From assembly GCF_009914755.1 (NCBI RefSeq), contig NC_060935.1: DNA of 64,000 nucleotides; one strand, written 5' to 3'. The notes under the pieces are model-generated. The model worked only from the letters and a program-made list of their open reading frames with translations, made no database searches and was not told the origin of the DNA. The DNA is from the human T2T-CHM13v2.0 reference genome, Homo sapiens. The translations under genes were made by a program, and so were the position numbers. Below are positions 13,221 through 27,310 of the stretch, piece after piece (the stretch's first letter is position 1; every line of letters starts with the position of its first letter).

Positions 13221-14209
13221 TTAACTGCTATTGGTGATTATCAGGAAGGGAGAAGTTGAAAGAGGAACAGATGGAACCAGGTTCTCTCCTAGAATTGCCT
13301 CTCAGGCCATTCAGTGCTTCAGCTTTATGACCCTTCCCATACTCCAGATCAAGGTCTCAAACCAAGCATATTGAAGACCTAGAAAAGGCAGCTGCAACCT
13401 GGGCCACCATAGGTGACCAGAGGCCTCATTGGCTGCTGGATCTGGCCAGCTTGGCTGTGGTTGCTGAGTGAAGGCTGATCAGGGCTGATGCTCTAGTTCA
13501 TTCTCCTAACAGACAAAGCCTAGGGATAAGGTAGTCTCTTGCCACAAGTATCCAGAGGGACTCAGTCACAAACAGCTCACACCTGTTCTACATTGAGTCC
13601 AGTGGATCCAACCCACACAACCATGAACACACCTCTAAAAATAGCTCCGAGCAGGGTCTGTGGGACCCACCCACTGCTCTTTCGGCAAGAGTTCATTTTC
13701 CCAGGAACAGAAATCCCAGACTGTCAGCATCTTCACACTGCTTCCTGGCTTCCAGCACTCTCAGTGCTTAAGCAAATTCCAACTGTAGGTCACAAAGAAA
13801 ATGGAATCACTACAGGTCCCCCATGCAGTTGGCTCAGGTTCTGCAGTAAAAAGTGGAATTAACTCAAGCTGCTAATGTGAGACTTTATTCTGTGTCATCT
13901 GGTGCTCAAATGGTTGATCTAGTAGCCTGGCCACTTGGGCCAGAAGAGCTGCAAAGGCAGACACGGAGGTCTCCTCACTCCAGACACTGACTTGCCTTGC
14001 ATTCATGTTGGACTGCAGTGAAAGTTACAGAAATAGGCAGCAGCTTCTGTGAAGGCTGTTCCTACTAGTTAAGAGCATGGATCCTGGATCTAGATTCCTT
14101 GGGCTCATATCTCACCTCTGTGTAGACTTGGGCAATTTATTTAACCTTCCTAGAATTCAATTTCCTTGATTATATATATGGATAAACAATTCTATAGATA
14201 GATAGATAG

Positions 14210-14510
<301 letters not shown>

Positions 14511-17500
14511 AATTCAATGTATGTTAAGTGCTTAGGAAGCACTTTATAAGTGTTAGAGTTATGGGGAGGATGACATCGATCAGAACTGACAACCTCTGGT
14601 TACTCGGGAGCCAGGTACCCCACCTTGATTCTGAAAAGAGAGGTTTTTCAATCCTATGGGAAAGGCAACAGTGGATATGGTCACCCAAGGGCACTAGCTT
14701 CCTCAATTTCCTATGATACCTCCTATTTCTGGCCAACACACCCGAGATGCCTGTACATTATGTTTCCTGGTATAATTTAGAAGCTAGAATTCTGCCATCT
14801 CTGACATCCAGCACCTGTAACTCCTGCCAGCTCCTTGAAGAGAGGCCTCTTTTACCCAGTGGGATTTAACAAACTGGCATCACACCAGGGTCATTTGCTG
14901 AACAACTTGTGGGCACTACAGAGCAGCACAGCCATTGTTGGTTTTGTGGACTGGCAGCAGCACTTAGGGATCCTTTGACTCATCCCTGCTTTTCTCTGTC
15001 CCTTCCTCCATAGCAGCTCTTTCACACTTTTCCATTAGTCTTCAACCTTATACTCCCCTTTCAACTGATGTCACTACCAATGTCATAGGAAAAAAAAAAA
15101 AAAACCAGCCAAACTGAGATGAGTCTCTTCACCCTCCCTCCCTTTCACCGCAAAATGTAACTGTGTTTCAGCATCCTGTTTCATGGGCCAGGAGTCCCTT
15201 CTCTCAGCCAAGGCTATCCCAGTATCCTGTCCTTGACCCAATCCTGTTCCAGCTCCTCTTGTTGCTCTGATTGTTTCTTCTCTCAGCTCCTCCCTGCCTA
15301 TCTGTCCCTTGCCCTTGGTGGAAAATGCTTCTCCTCAATTCTCAGGGAAAAAACAAATCAAAACTATCTTTGACCCTGTGCTTGTCTCTTCATGCTGCCT
15401 TATAACTTACCTTCCTTTCACTGTTAAGATTCTTGGTGAGTTGTTAGCCTGCTCGTTCATCTCTACTCCCTCCTGGTCACTCCTGAAGCCAGTGAGCACT
15501 AACTTTGTTCCTATAGTCATCTTTTAAATTCCTTCTGTAATGTTATTTTTGCTGCCTCTAGTTCCCAGGCAATCTTCCCCATACATTTTCCTTTGTATTC
15601 ATTTCCATTTGGAAATCTTGTAGGATTAATGGCATTCTTGTGACCCGAGGAGCAGCTCCTTACTTTGGCTCTTGCCTAATTCTGTGTTCTCAAACTTTGG
15701 ATCTTTCATGCCGAAGAGACACCAGGCTCTAAAGCCTCCAGGGGAGCTAAGACAGTCACAGCGCCCACTCCACCCTAACTGTAGCACCCAGTCCTGCTGC
15801 ACTGTCTCTGAAGGTGTTTTCAGTAATAATGACTCAGTGCATCTATTGGAGTTGGCAAGGTGAGGACAGTCTTCAAAGAGTCTTCTCTTTTTACTCTCCT
15901 CCTGGCTTTCACATCCTCTCATTACAGGATACCAGCACACATACAAATGCTATTTCTGCAGCCCAGTGCTGTAAGCTTTTTATGTGTCCAGCTACCAGAT
16001 AAAGAGAATTTAGCAGTGACCAAGCTCAGCCAAGGTTATAATTTTGGGGAAAAAAAAAATCTTGGTAAATGTGTTTCTCTACAAATCTAGCTCCCCAGGA
16101 AGATCAGTTAGGAGCTTCATCCCAGCCCCTTGGTTGGAGAGCTGATGGCCAGTTTATCTTCAGGGTGTCCTGTGTTTGCTATGTTAGTTCTGGAAGACCA
16201 GAATATCTGAAGGGTAGTGATTGTCATAGCTTCATGGGTAGCATGTCTGTATTGGGAAGGCTATTTCCAAAGCTGCTGTTCTCACATTCTCCTAGGGGTA
16301 TTCCTTTAAAGCCTTCAGACTCAATCATTCAAATGGTGCCTCCACTGTAAAGCCTCTTCTCTCTTTTGAAGGTGAAATGTTTTTGTCTCTCCTCTATGCC
16401 CCTGCCATTCATGTGCATACAACTCTTTATGATAGTACTTATTACATCCTGCTGCAAAGGTTGATTTCTTTTTTCCTTCTGTCCTTATTCCCTGTAATAC
16501 TACAGAGCTTTTTAAGGGCAGGGACTAAATCATTGTTTAGCACAGAAAGTGGCACCTAGTGGGTGCTCAGGATTATTCAAGTCATTTCATAAATACATTC
16601 ATGACGTGTGATGATGTGAACATTGGTCAACCAAGAAGCTATTTATTTGCTGTTTATGAACTCTGCTTTGTTCTTCCTTAAAAGAGGACATTTAGATCAT
16701 TGGATGATAGCCTCATCAGCAATACTTAACCTCCCCTTATATATAATTGAGGGGAGGAGGGAATAAGGGTCAAGGTCAGGATAGGCTTTCTCTTGTTGGA
16801 CTCCTGGTAGCCGAGGATCTGACTGCACTCTATTCACATTGCATTTGGAAGAAATTTCTTTAACACTGTGACAAAGATAGTAGATTGGCTTGACCGTTCT
16901 TCACCTAGAAAAAGCAGAACTGGTCCTGGGAATACTCAGGTTTATAATAAATGCCAGAAAGCCCTAAAACTCCTTAATAAAAAAATCTAGGGGAAGTTTT
17001 CTTTTTTATAAGAACCTGCCTACACTCATACTACTGGGTTCCCTTGGTGTTGGGTAACCAGAGTCCTGTAACAGGAATTGACTGTAGCTTTTGTGATCCA
17101 ATCATTTTTGTTTATTTATTTATTTTGGTCCCCTTACTTTTAAGGTTTATGTCTTCTAAGTTTCTAAAAGGGGTTGCATGTGAGTGGTGCTTCTGAGCTT
17201 AAGATATAGCCTTAGTAACTTTGATATCTCCCCTGATGCCCTGTGCCTGGCAGCTATGGTTCACTTGTAACTAGTTTTCTGGATTTTGATAAGATCCTCT
17301 TGACTAGGCAGCCTGGAAACACTACACATTTTCTTTTGTTTTCTTATTCAGCTAAAAATACATGTCATCTAAATGGCTAAATAAGGAAGAAGCATTTTAA
17401 GGCTTATCCAGGACAAGGCTTACCCAACGTGCTGTGTTCAAAATCTCAGCGTATTTACAGGCAAAGAGCCATCATATAATTTAACATGCTCTGACCAGTT

Positions 17501-20500
17501 GGGACAGTGTATGTACTGTGGCCAAGATCCTGAAGGCACTGGAATTTATAGCTTATTAGAAGCACTGAAGGAAATGTAACTCTTTACCTGGCCAAGATGA
17601 CAACTATTGATATCAAAAAAAGGAAGGCAGATGCATTTTGAGGATCCCAAGGCAAGAGCTCTGAGAAGCAACTGTTGGCTTCAAAAACCAACATGATGCT
17701 AGAGCTGTCACACTGGGGAGCCGACTGTTTTAGGTTTTCCCACACTCCTTACTTGTATACCAATGACACCCCTGTTGTGATCTAGCCCTTGCCCCATTTG
17801 ACTACTCTGGAACCAACTCCTTCCCCTAGTTCAATGAAGTACAGTGCCAGCAGGAAGTCTCCTGGGTCATGCCAGTTGGGGAGTGCTACAGAACTGCCCT
17901 CATCCAGCATCCCTGAGGTGTACCAGAGCACATGTGAAGAGTGTGTTCTCCTTGCAAATGGCCAGCCAGGCCATAAAGCAGTCATGCTGCCCACCACAAA
18001 TCTGCAGGACCCCAGCCATGGCATCAAGCACTCACCCTGTCTAGAGCTCCAAGGAGAGACTAACATGGCTATCCCTTGGCCAAGCTACAGTGGAAGGGCT
18101 AGGCCAGGAGAGAGCATTGTCATAGATCTGAACAGCCACTGCAGTCAGAGGGTGATGTCTTTGAGGAGGCCGCTGGGGGTTAACTTGGCTGAAAAGTTCA
18201 TGTTTAACCCAAATTTGAACTAACCTCTAGATTGGAACAGAAATAAAAACCCAAGTGTTTATGATTGGTTATTACTAGCTATAAAAATTCCCAGTGTACT
18301 CATTATAAACATGTATGTAGCACATAATACTTAGAGTACACAATAAAACACTTGTACGAAAGAAAAATATGTGGCCATGAATGTATGACTCAAAAATGTG
18401 AGCACTTGTTCAGGGATAGTGGAGAAGTGAACTCATCTTTGGCAATGTGGCCCAAAGACATGATCCCAGGGCTATTAGCTAATGGTGGGTTCTGCGTTGT
18501 CACTGTCACAGAGGCTTTCTTTTTGTTTTGTTTTTTCATTTCAAGCCTGAAAGTATTTTGGTTATTGTTCCCTTGGGTTGTTTGTACAGATCTTCATAGA
18601 TATTTCTTAGGCATCCTGATCAGAAATATTGCCCCTGTTGTTCTCTTACACAAAAAGAGTGAATTAATTAAAACTTTTTGTAGAAGGCATTAAATGATGC
18701 CTTCTAACTCATGCTTCTAACTGAACGTTGGTCTTTTAGATTAAACAAAGCTAAATCATTTATAAGTTAGCTAAATTCATTTGTTAAATTATAATTTAAA
18801 AATCATTTCCATATTCCTGTGATTATTCAAAAACTGTTTATATCACACAGGAATTTTTAGAGCACCCTACTATAAAGAGCACTCTGTAGTTTTAGTGCCA
18901 CACGTTTTCAGGTATGCTGACCTAACTTGACCCTTTCTGTTGCTCCGTGAAGCATGATTTTTTCTATTGAAAGGATGGAAAGCCTGAGATGAGGTAACCT
19001 ACTTGAGATTACACATGGTTAGGTGCAGCCCCAGCCTCCTAATTATTCTTGGTTTGTCCTCTTTCTGCAGAGAAGGTGGTCCCTTGGGGAGGAGGATGCA
19101 ATAGGAATTCTGTAAATGAATATGGAAGCACCACAAGAAAGTCCCCAGGGATCCCCTGACTTGAAGTTCAGCTGGGCCAAATGAGGGGAACAGGGAACCC
19201 AGAGCTCTCAGCCTCCCAGCGCCCAGACCTGGCATTTGTACAGCTGTGTCTGACATGTAATTCTTTCGACATAACTTCTTAAACAGTTGTTAGATCTATT
19301 TCTGTTATTTACCCTTCATTTATTCATTTTCTGATTCATTTTCTGATAATATCTTTTAGACTTTAGCTCCTGTTTATTTCTTGTTTTGTTTGAACTTACT
19401 TTTTCATATCACACATCCTGCTCCCCACCTCCACCAACCCCGGTTGATGCCCATGGGCCTGTTGCATCTTGTATTCATTCCCTGTCTTAACCTTTTTGCT
19501 CTACATGGGAAATAAGAATGGAAGCAAACAGGTGGTGGATAGAAAGCCATCTATTCCACACACAAAGGACACTGAGTGCCCTTTTTATCCTAGTACATCC
19601 CACACAGACACTCCCTGTGCCACAAAGTAGATCTCAATTAGCCCCTGATGATAATCCTGGTTTGAACTATAGTTGGCTTAGGACTGACAGCCCTGTCTTA
19701 AAAATTGCCACTTTAAGCAAATCAAGCAATAGTGGCAGAATTCCTTTGCAATTCAGAACTATATCCAAATAGCAGGAATTCTTTCCTACAAGTCTGTTTC
19801 CAAAGGAGTAAATTTTAGTCAGTTGATCACCTTTTGAGACAAATGTATTAACCAGAACTTTTGGTTGCAAATAACAGAAACTCAGTTTGAACTAGGCCAA
19901 GAGGGAACCAACAGGAAGGGCTGGAATATATCTCTGCCTTTAGGCAGCGTGCACCGGGGATGAGAATGCCTCCAGTCTTTTTCTTGGCTTTTGTTTGCTT
20001 TTCTGTGCACACTGGGTTCATAGCTGTCTCTTGCTGCAAACCAGCTTTTTCCACGTGGAGCAGGACATGGCCACTGACAACCTCAGAACTGTGGCACCAC
20101 CACTACCATGCTCTGTTCCCAAGTTTAAAAATTCAGAGGAAGGATTTCAACAAGTCAAGCCTGGATCAAGTGGCAGGGAGATGAGGATCTTTCTAAGAAG
20201 ATGGCAGCCCTCATTTATACCACATAATTACAGTAAAGGCGATGATCTCAGCCTAGTCTACACAAACAATAGATTCCATTAAAGCAGGGTGCTGATTCTC
20301 TGCCAAGACTGATACAAGTCTTCTCTGTTTCTTTTCCTTAGCAAGAAAACAAGGGGAACAATTTGGCTGATCTAGGGTTCGCCACAATTCATGGTGAAGT
20401 TTCTTTTTTGGACCTGACATATCCCCTGAAAAATCTCATCCCTAAAATGCAATGTTCTCCAAGGTGCAGAAATCTTGATTTCTTTGAGTATGCCAGCAAC

Positions 20501-21684
20501 CAGCTCTCTGTGCATGAGGAACTTATCAAGAGTAAATTTCTTACTCAGTGACCAAGGGGAGGGATGGGAGAGGTAGGGACAGGACCTGGTTTAGGTTAGG
20601 CTAGTATCATTGTACGGTCCAAACTGCCCCTTATGTGGGGACTTAACTATCCCTGCTGGAATCTTGCTGGTCAGTCAGTCCTCTCCCTCCTGGCTACTCA
20701 CAGTTCTCTCTCTGTCCTCTCCCTGCTGAGGCTGATTGACTATCATGATCAACTCCAGGATCCCAACCATAGAATACCCTGCACAGCTGATACATTTTCC
20801 TGAGGCCCCTCTCAGTTAGGGATGGCTTAGAAAATACCCACACCTTAGGCTGTTAATTGCTCAAGCTGCACATTAGGCTTGCCCAGCCACGGCAGTGGTA
20901 GCAGTTTGGGTCTTACAGAAACAGACCCTAGGATAACCTGTAAGAATCAAGGAGGTGTGTTGTCACTGTTTCTGAAGACACTCTGGAATATTACTCCCAA
21001 GGCCTAGGGAAGACCTTGATATGACAACTCTGTGCTGTGTTTTATATTTGCCTCCGCGAGGTCTGAATTTTAGAGGATGAATTCCTTGTGTCCAAGACTT
21101 TTTTCAGCCTCTTGAGAGCAACACTTGATAGACACAAAGGTGGCTTGGCTTCAATGATCTTGACTAAGGGTGCTGAGTTCTTAAAAATATCCATTCGAGA
21201 AGCCCTTGTCTTGATTCAGTTCCGTGATATAGGAGAGGTAGTATGTTTCACTGTGGCATTCTTTAGTCAAAATTGAAGAGGATGTGGAAATGTCTGGAGT
21301 TAACAGTTCTCCACAGGGCACACAGATCACATGGTTCTCACTATATTTTTAGGTAACTAACCTGAATTACAGTATCAGAAATAGCTCTGACCATTTGAAT
21401 GAATGGTCTGAAAATTTGAATGAGAAGATTGACTTTTCCCTGTCACATTTGTAGCAATAACCATCAGAACAGAGGGGGAGGAAGTTTGATCAAATATATG
21501 TAACACAGCTTACCATTGGCAGGTCTAGCCTAGTGGCTAATGTCATTGGTTGAGTAAAAATTAGCTCTTTCTTATATTCATCTGTGGATTGAGCATCCTT
21601 AACAAGTATAACGGGGGTGGATGATACTCTCCTTTATAGTCACTTGCCATCCCACAGTGGGGAACAATAGAAAATTAGCATGTA

Positions 21685-21997
<313 letters not shown>

Positions 21998-24900
21998 CCT
22001 CAGAAAATTAGCACGTAGCATCCTTCAGAATTTGATTGGACTTTCTTCTCTGTGAAATGTGGGCATGGTTTTTGCAACCTGACTTCATGCGTGGAGAGCT
22101 GGGCAACTGCTCTATCGCTGACTTACCTAATCAGGAACATGGACAAGACTTTTCAGAGACACCTCAAACCTGGAATCATGCAGGGATCCACTATCCATCC
22201 AAGCCTTCTATTTGCAATTCCACTATTAAAGAAGCAGGTATACTTGTTGACCAAGCAAGCTGTCTTTAAAGTAGAGCAAAACAGAGATGTGTCCTAACTC
22301 AGTCTTTTAAAATATTTTTCTCAATAAATTGGAATCCCATTTTGATAACCACAAAGCTTATTATGCCTTGATGATGTAGTCATTTTATAATGCAAGAATG
22401 ATACCAGAACGTGATTGAACCTGTTGCCAGGTTATAAGAATACAGAATATACAGATTCACCCAAAGGCAAATCCTTACCTTAGGCTGATGAGTATTAGCA
22501 TTCAGCAAGACAATCCTCTTCTTGGCCCTGTTCTCAGATGCTTTCCAAGTTTTTCTCCAGGCAGAGGTGGCATTTGATCCTGGCCTATGCCCTTCTGAAG
22601 AACGCAGTTTTTTTTAACATCCTAGTCCTATATAGATCATGAAAACACATGGCTCTGACTTCATCAAAAGCAAAGGATAGTGATACTGTGGGTTTCCATC
22701 TGGAACATTATCTTTCACTGCTGTTTACCTTTAAAAAGCTTGCTGGAGAACGGTGATTTTGAAGGACCTGTAGAAGAGGAAGATGCACTGTTCCTCTAGA
22801 ACAGTGATTGGGGTGGGGGAGGGACCTGTCTGCCATGCACACCACTGCTGTATGGACCAGTATGCCTGCTAGGAAAGGAGTTGGCTCCTCGAATCTGTTA
22901 TAGGAGGGGCAAATATGAGGAACCACTGTTCTAGGTCCTCTAACAGTGCTTCTAGATTTTCAAATATATTTTAATTACTCAATAGAAACATTTTGTAAGA
23001 AACTCAAACATTATGTCAAAGTGCTCTGAACAGTGCCTGGCACATGTTGAGCACAAGGTGCTTGCTGTGTATTTACAGCACTGTGCCTGGACCATATTAT
23101 ATTAGTCTCCATGGAATTGCTTTCACCTTTGGCCCATATTGTCCACTAGCCTCTGAACTATTCTGAGAACATCACACAAAAGTAATGAGTTCTACTGGGC
23201 TCTGTTTACTATAAGGGTGTCATGGATATTGCTGATCCCATCACACAAAATCTGTCTATGAAAACGTGAAGTTTCTCCCTTGCTCCGGAATAATTATGCT
23301 TCTCCTAGGCAATTGATTTGATTTTACCATACTGATCTGCGGATCCTGTTAACTGATTGTGCCTCTCTTTTTTTACTGGCTGCTAGCGTGGATCTAGATT
23401 TTTGATCCCCCTTCTAGCATGTGCTATAGAATCTAGGTCATACATTTTATTAACTGAATTTATGATTTCAACTTTCTTACTCTTTTTTTTGTCAACTAGT
23501 AAAAATAGTTACCTCTCTGGGTGATTGTATGGGTAGACCTTTTATTATAATGAAGAATATACTGCACACCATTTGAATAAGGCATAGTTGGTACAGTGGC
23601 TTGCTGGAGTCTCTGGAAGAAGTCTTGCCTTTGGTCTTCTCTCCTTCATTTCCTGCCAGAGAATGGGCGGCTGCCAGTGCTAGGTGGCTCCGTGTCCATG
23701 TGGACTTCGGCACTGGGGTTCTACCTGCAGAGCTTCACTTGGACACCTGGGTCCTGTTTAATTCTCTGTCCACTGGAAATCACCATCATGTGAGTTCTTT
23801 GACAGAGAAGAAGTTGACCTGCTATTAAGAATTATTCTCCTACCTTTTCTTCTCTGGTTCTGAGAAAATATAGATTATAATATATTCTTGGATTCTAGTC
23901 AGAGAATTTGATCATGTGAGAACCGGAATATTAATTTAACAACAATAAACTGCCATTAACAAAGAAGTCAGTTGTGATTGTTAAGGTTCTTTGTCTGTGG
24001 CATGAAAGAGCTTCCATAACAATGAACAAGACATAGGCTCCAGAGGGGCTGGAGCAGAAGACAGTGGTGTGGCAGCAGGTGCTGCCTGGCACAGCTGGCC
24101 TGGGGAGTGGCCCCTGGGCCTGTCCTCTGGCTGCACCTTCAACAAACAATCAATGAATCTTTCACTAGTGCGCATCCAGGGTTTGAATGCGGTATGCTTG
24201 GTCCACATTTCTGTTCTAGGACTGGGCATGGCTCTGTTGCCTCCCTCACCTATGCAGTGCATTGGGAAGGGGTGGGATGAGGGGAGGAAGGAGGTGCCTT
24301 TTCTCATGGAGGGTGGTGGGAGAGCCCATGCTAAAAGTTGAAATGTGGGGAAATGGCCTAGGACAAGGTGGCCCAACTCTGGGTCTCTCACATCTGCCTC
24401 TTTGCACAATTAAGACTTTCCTCTAGGGTGGTAGACACCTCCCTCGTGAATATTGAAGTGCTGATTTCACTGGACCAGCTCAGATTGTATAATACTCAGT
24501 TCCACATTTAGCAATCAGATCTACTTTTTCAAACTGCCAAGCCTCTGGGTGGCCTATTGCAGACCAGTCTGATTTCAGTCTTCCATTTGCATGGAGGAAG
24601 GAGGTGTTGGGGCCAGCTTGGTGACATTAGCTCCTTCTCTCCTGTCTGCCCACAACCAGGTCAGACACACCCAAGAAAGTGACACCTCCTTTCTCTGCTT
24701 GGGACATTTGTAAGATTCTGCCTCTCCTCTGACATTTCACATCCTCTCCCTTTCCTCTCTTTTCTATAGTTTCTGGCTACCTGTAATTTCCTTAGCTTTT
24801 GCTCTGGCATCCCTCTGGCTATTATTTAAGTTCTTCTCAAGATGTTTTGTCTTAGCTTGCTTCTCTCAGCTCTAGCACTGGGGAAATGTGATCTGCCAGC

Positions 24901-25504
24901 CTGGCTACCAAAGCTCTTATTGGAGGGTGGGATTGGGGTGGGAAGGGACGTGTGAATGAAGGGCCTTGTAGTTGACATCCTCCATCCTTCATGCTCACTG
25001 TGATGTTCAGGATGGGCCTCCATGCAGCAAGGTGTGCCTTGGCTTCAGGGGACCCTGGCATGAGAATTAGGAGATACCAAGATCTGTGCAGAAGCTGTTC
25101 CCATGTAGTCCCTTGGAGAACGGTGCCAGCTCTCCAATCTCCTCAAAGAGCAGACCCTCATTGTCGCCATGCCTCTGGAGGCTGTGCCTCTGGCTAACCC
25201 AGACCCAGCATGTCAAGTCAAGCACTGCTGGGCCTAGAGTTTCACAGAGGCCCTCCTGGCCAGGAGTGAGGTCATCCAGGAGGTGGTTGTGCCAACTTCC
25301 AGGGCGCACTTTTCAGTGGCATGTGATCTGGTTCTCCTCATGGTAGTTTTGAAATCTTGTGGTTTCCTGTTTTGATGATTGGTTTTGTACATATAATCAG
25401 TGAAACTATCCTCACAAATTACACGCATCCCTTATTTCATTTAGAAGTTGGTAAGATGTTTTTCCAACCTTTTAAGTGTATTCTTTTTTTTCTGTCCTCT
25501 TTAG

Positions 25505-25597
25505 TCCCAGGTAAACCACCACAGTGCTGCTAGTAATGAAACCTACCAGGAACGCTTGGCACGTCTAGAAGGGGATAAGGAGTCCCTCATATTGCAG
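25505..25597 (+). CDS. PPFIBP2: PPFIBP2 coding exon A (93 nt, phase 0-0): SQVNHHSAASNETYQERLARLEGDKESLILQ
   Basis: Polypyrimidine tract and ttag acceptor ending 25504; donor CAG|gtgggt at 25598. Confidence 0.96.
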
Positions 25598-26872
25598 GTG
25601 GGTACTTTTTGGTGAGAATCGGCTTATCCTGTTACCTCCTACTATGTAGCTTCCCCTAAGTGGAAGGGAAGCCCAAGAGATTTTCTCTGTTGGAATTTTT
25701 CTCCTTCCAATGCCTATGTTTTTAGAAAAGACTTTTCCTGAAATAAAACATTAAGTAACTGAGGGGACAATTTAACTCTAGACTTGGCTTAGGGGGGCTG
25801 TGAATTCAGTCATTCATTTATCATGCACTCCCAAGCACCCGCTTCTATACACTGGCAGCCCCATGACCAGGCTGATTTCCAGGTGCTAAGAATGAACAAA
25901 ATGGGCCCTGTCCCCCAGAAGCTCCTGAGTCTTGCGAGGGAGGGGAGATATATCCTCATGCCACTAATAAAACAGAGCTGTGGGTGATACAGGCCTAAGG
26001 GTGAATGCTAATGAATCAAGTCCAAATTGTCTGAAGCTGGATCTAGACTGATCCCTTTAATGCCAAATCCCCTGGAGCTGGTAACAGGGGCTAAGCCTTT
26101 GATAGCTGTCTTGCTTGAAAGAGAGGAGCTCCAAAACCTTTTACGGAGAAAGATCATCAAGGGAGCTTTTTCGCTGTTGAAAGTTTGTGTGCCTTGGTAG
26201 GACATAGAGTTAGGTATTCTCATAAGAAGGCTGTTGAAGAAGCAGGCCCAGCACTTTGCTGTGTTAGCTCTTGAAAATATAAATTGATTAAGCAAGCATT
26301 TACTCAAGGTCTGGTATGCATCAGATATTAATTAGTGATTTGGAAAATATAAAGGCTAGTATCCTAATCCCAGCTCCTTAAAAGCTTAAAGGGTGATGAG
26401 TTAGACTGGTGGTAGAATGAAGGGAGGGGTTGAGCGGGGCCTGGAACCCACCCCAGGCTATGGGCTTTAGCTTGGAGCACTAAGGTTATGAGGTGGCAGT
26501 GTGTTTGTTTTTTCTCTTTTTACCTTACTTATTTTACTCTTTCATTGTATTTTATGAACATAAGGGTAATGAATGATTTTAAAAACCTTTAAAATTCTAA
26601 AAATGTGAAGAAGCAGGTTAACACTTCGGCCTTTTTTCCAGTGTTGTTGGTTTTTTTTCTTTTGCCTCTATTGTAAATAACTGAGCTCATACCAAATATA
26701 TAGTTTTACATTCCAGTTTTGTATTTTTCTTCACTTCATTGATTTCTTCATTATAAAATAATTGGGTATCTACAACTTGTGAGATGCTGGTTTTAGATGC
26801 TGGGATAAAGCAGTGAAAGAAGCAGACTAAATTCCCATTCTTGTGGATCTTCCATTTGAAAGAGAGAGAGTG

Positions 26873-27310
26873 GGCCAGGTGCAGTGGCTCATGCCTGTAA
26901 TCCCAGCACTTTGGGAGGCTGAGGCAGGTGAATCACCTGAGGTTAGGAGTTGGAGACCAGCTTGACCAGCATGGTGAAACCCTGTCTCTACTGAAAATAC
27001 AAAAATAAGCCAGGCATGGTGATGGGTGCCTGTAATCCCAGCACTTTGGGAGGCTGAGGCAGGTGAATCACCTGAGGTTAGGAGTTGGAGACCAGCTTGA
27101 CCAGCATGGTGAAACCCTGTCTCTACTGAAAATACAAAAATAAGCCAGGCATGGTGATGGGTGCCTGTAATCCCAGCTACTCGGAAGGCTGACGTAGGAG
27201 AATTGATTGAACCCAGGAGGTGGAGGTTGCAGTGAGCCAACATCGCATCACTGTGCTCCAGCCTGGGCAACAGAGCGAGACTCCATCTCAAAAAAAAAAA
27301 AAAAAAAAAA
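26873..27310 (+). mobile_element. Alu with internal 135-bp tandem duplication (left-left-right trimer)
   Basis: Identical units at 26892-27026 and 27027-27161. Confidence 0.95.

Noticed and set aside
18974-18993. Possible 20-nt microexon (aag|gatgg...gag|gtaacc) with upstream cctaac branch-like motif
   Set aside because: It is frameshifting with only moderate splice signals, so it cannot be supported from sequence alone.
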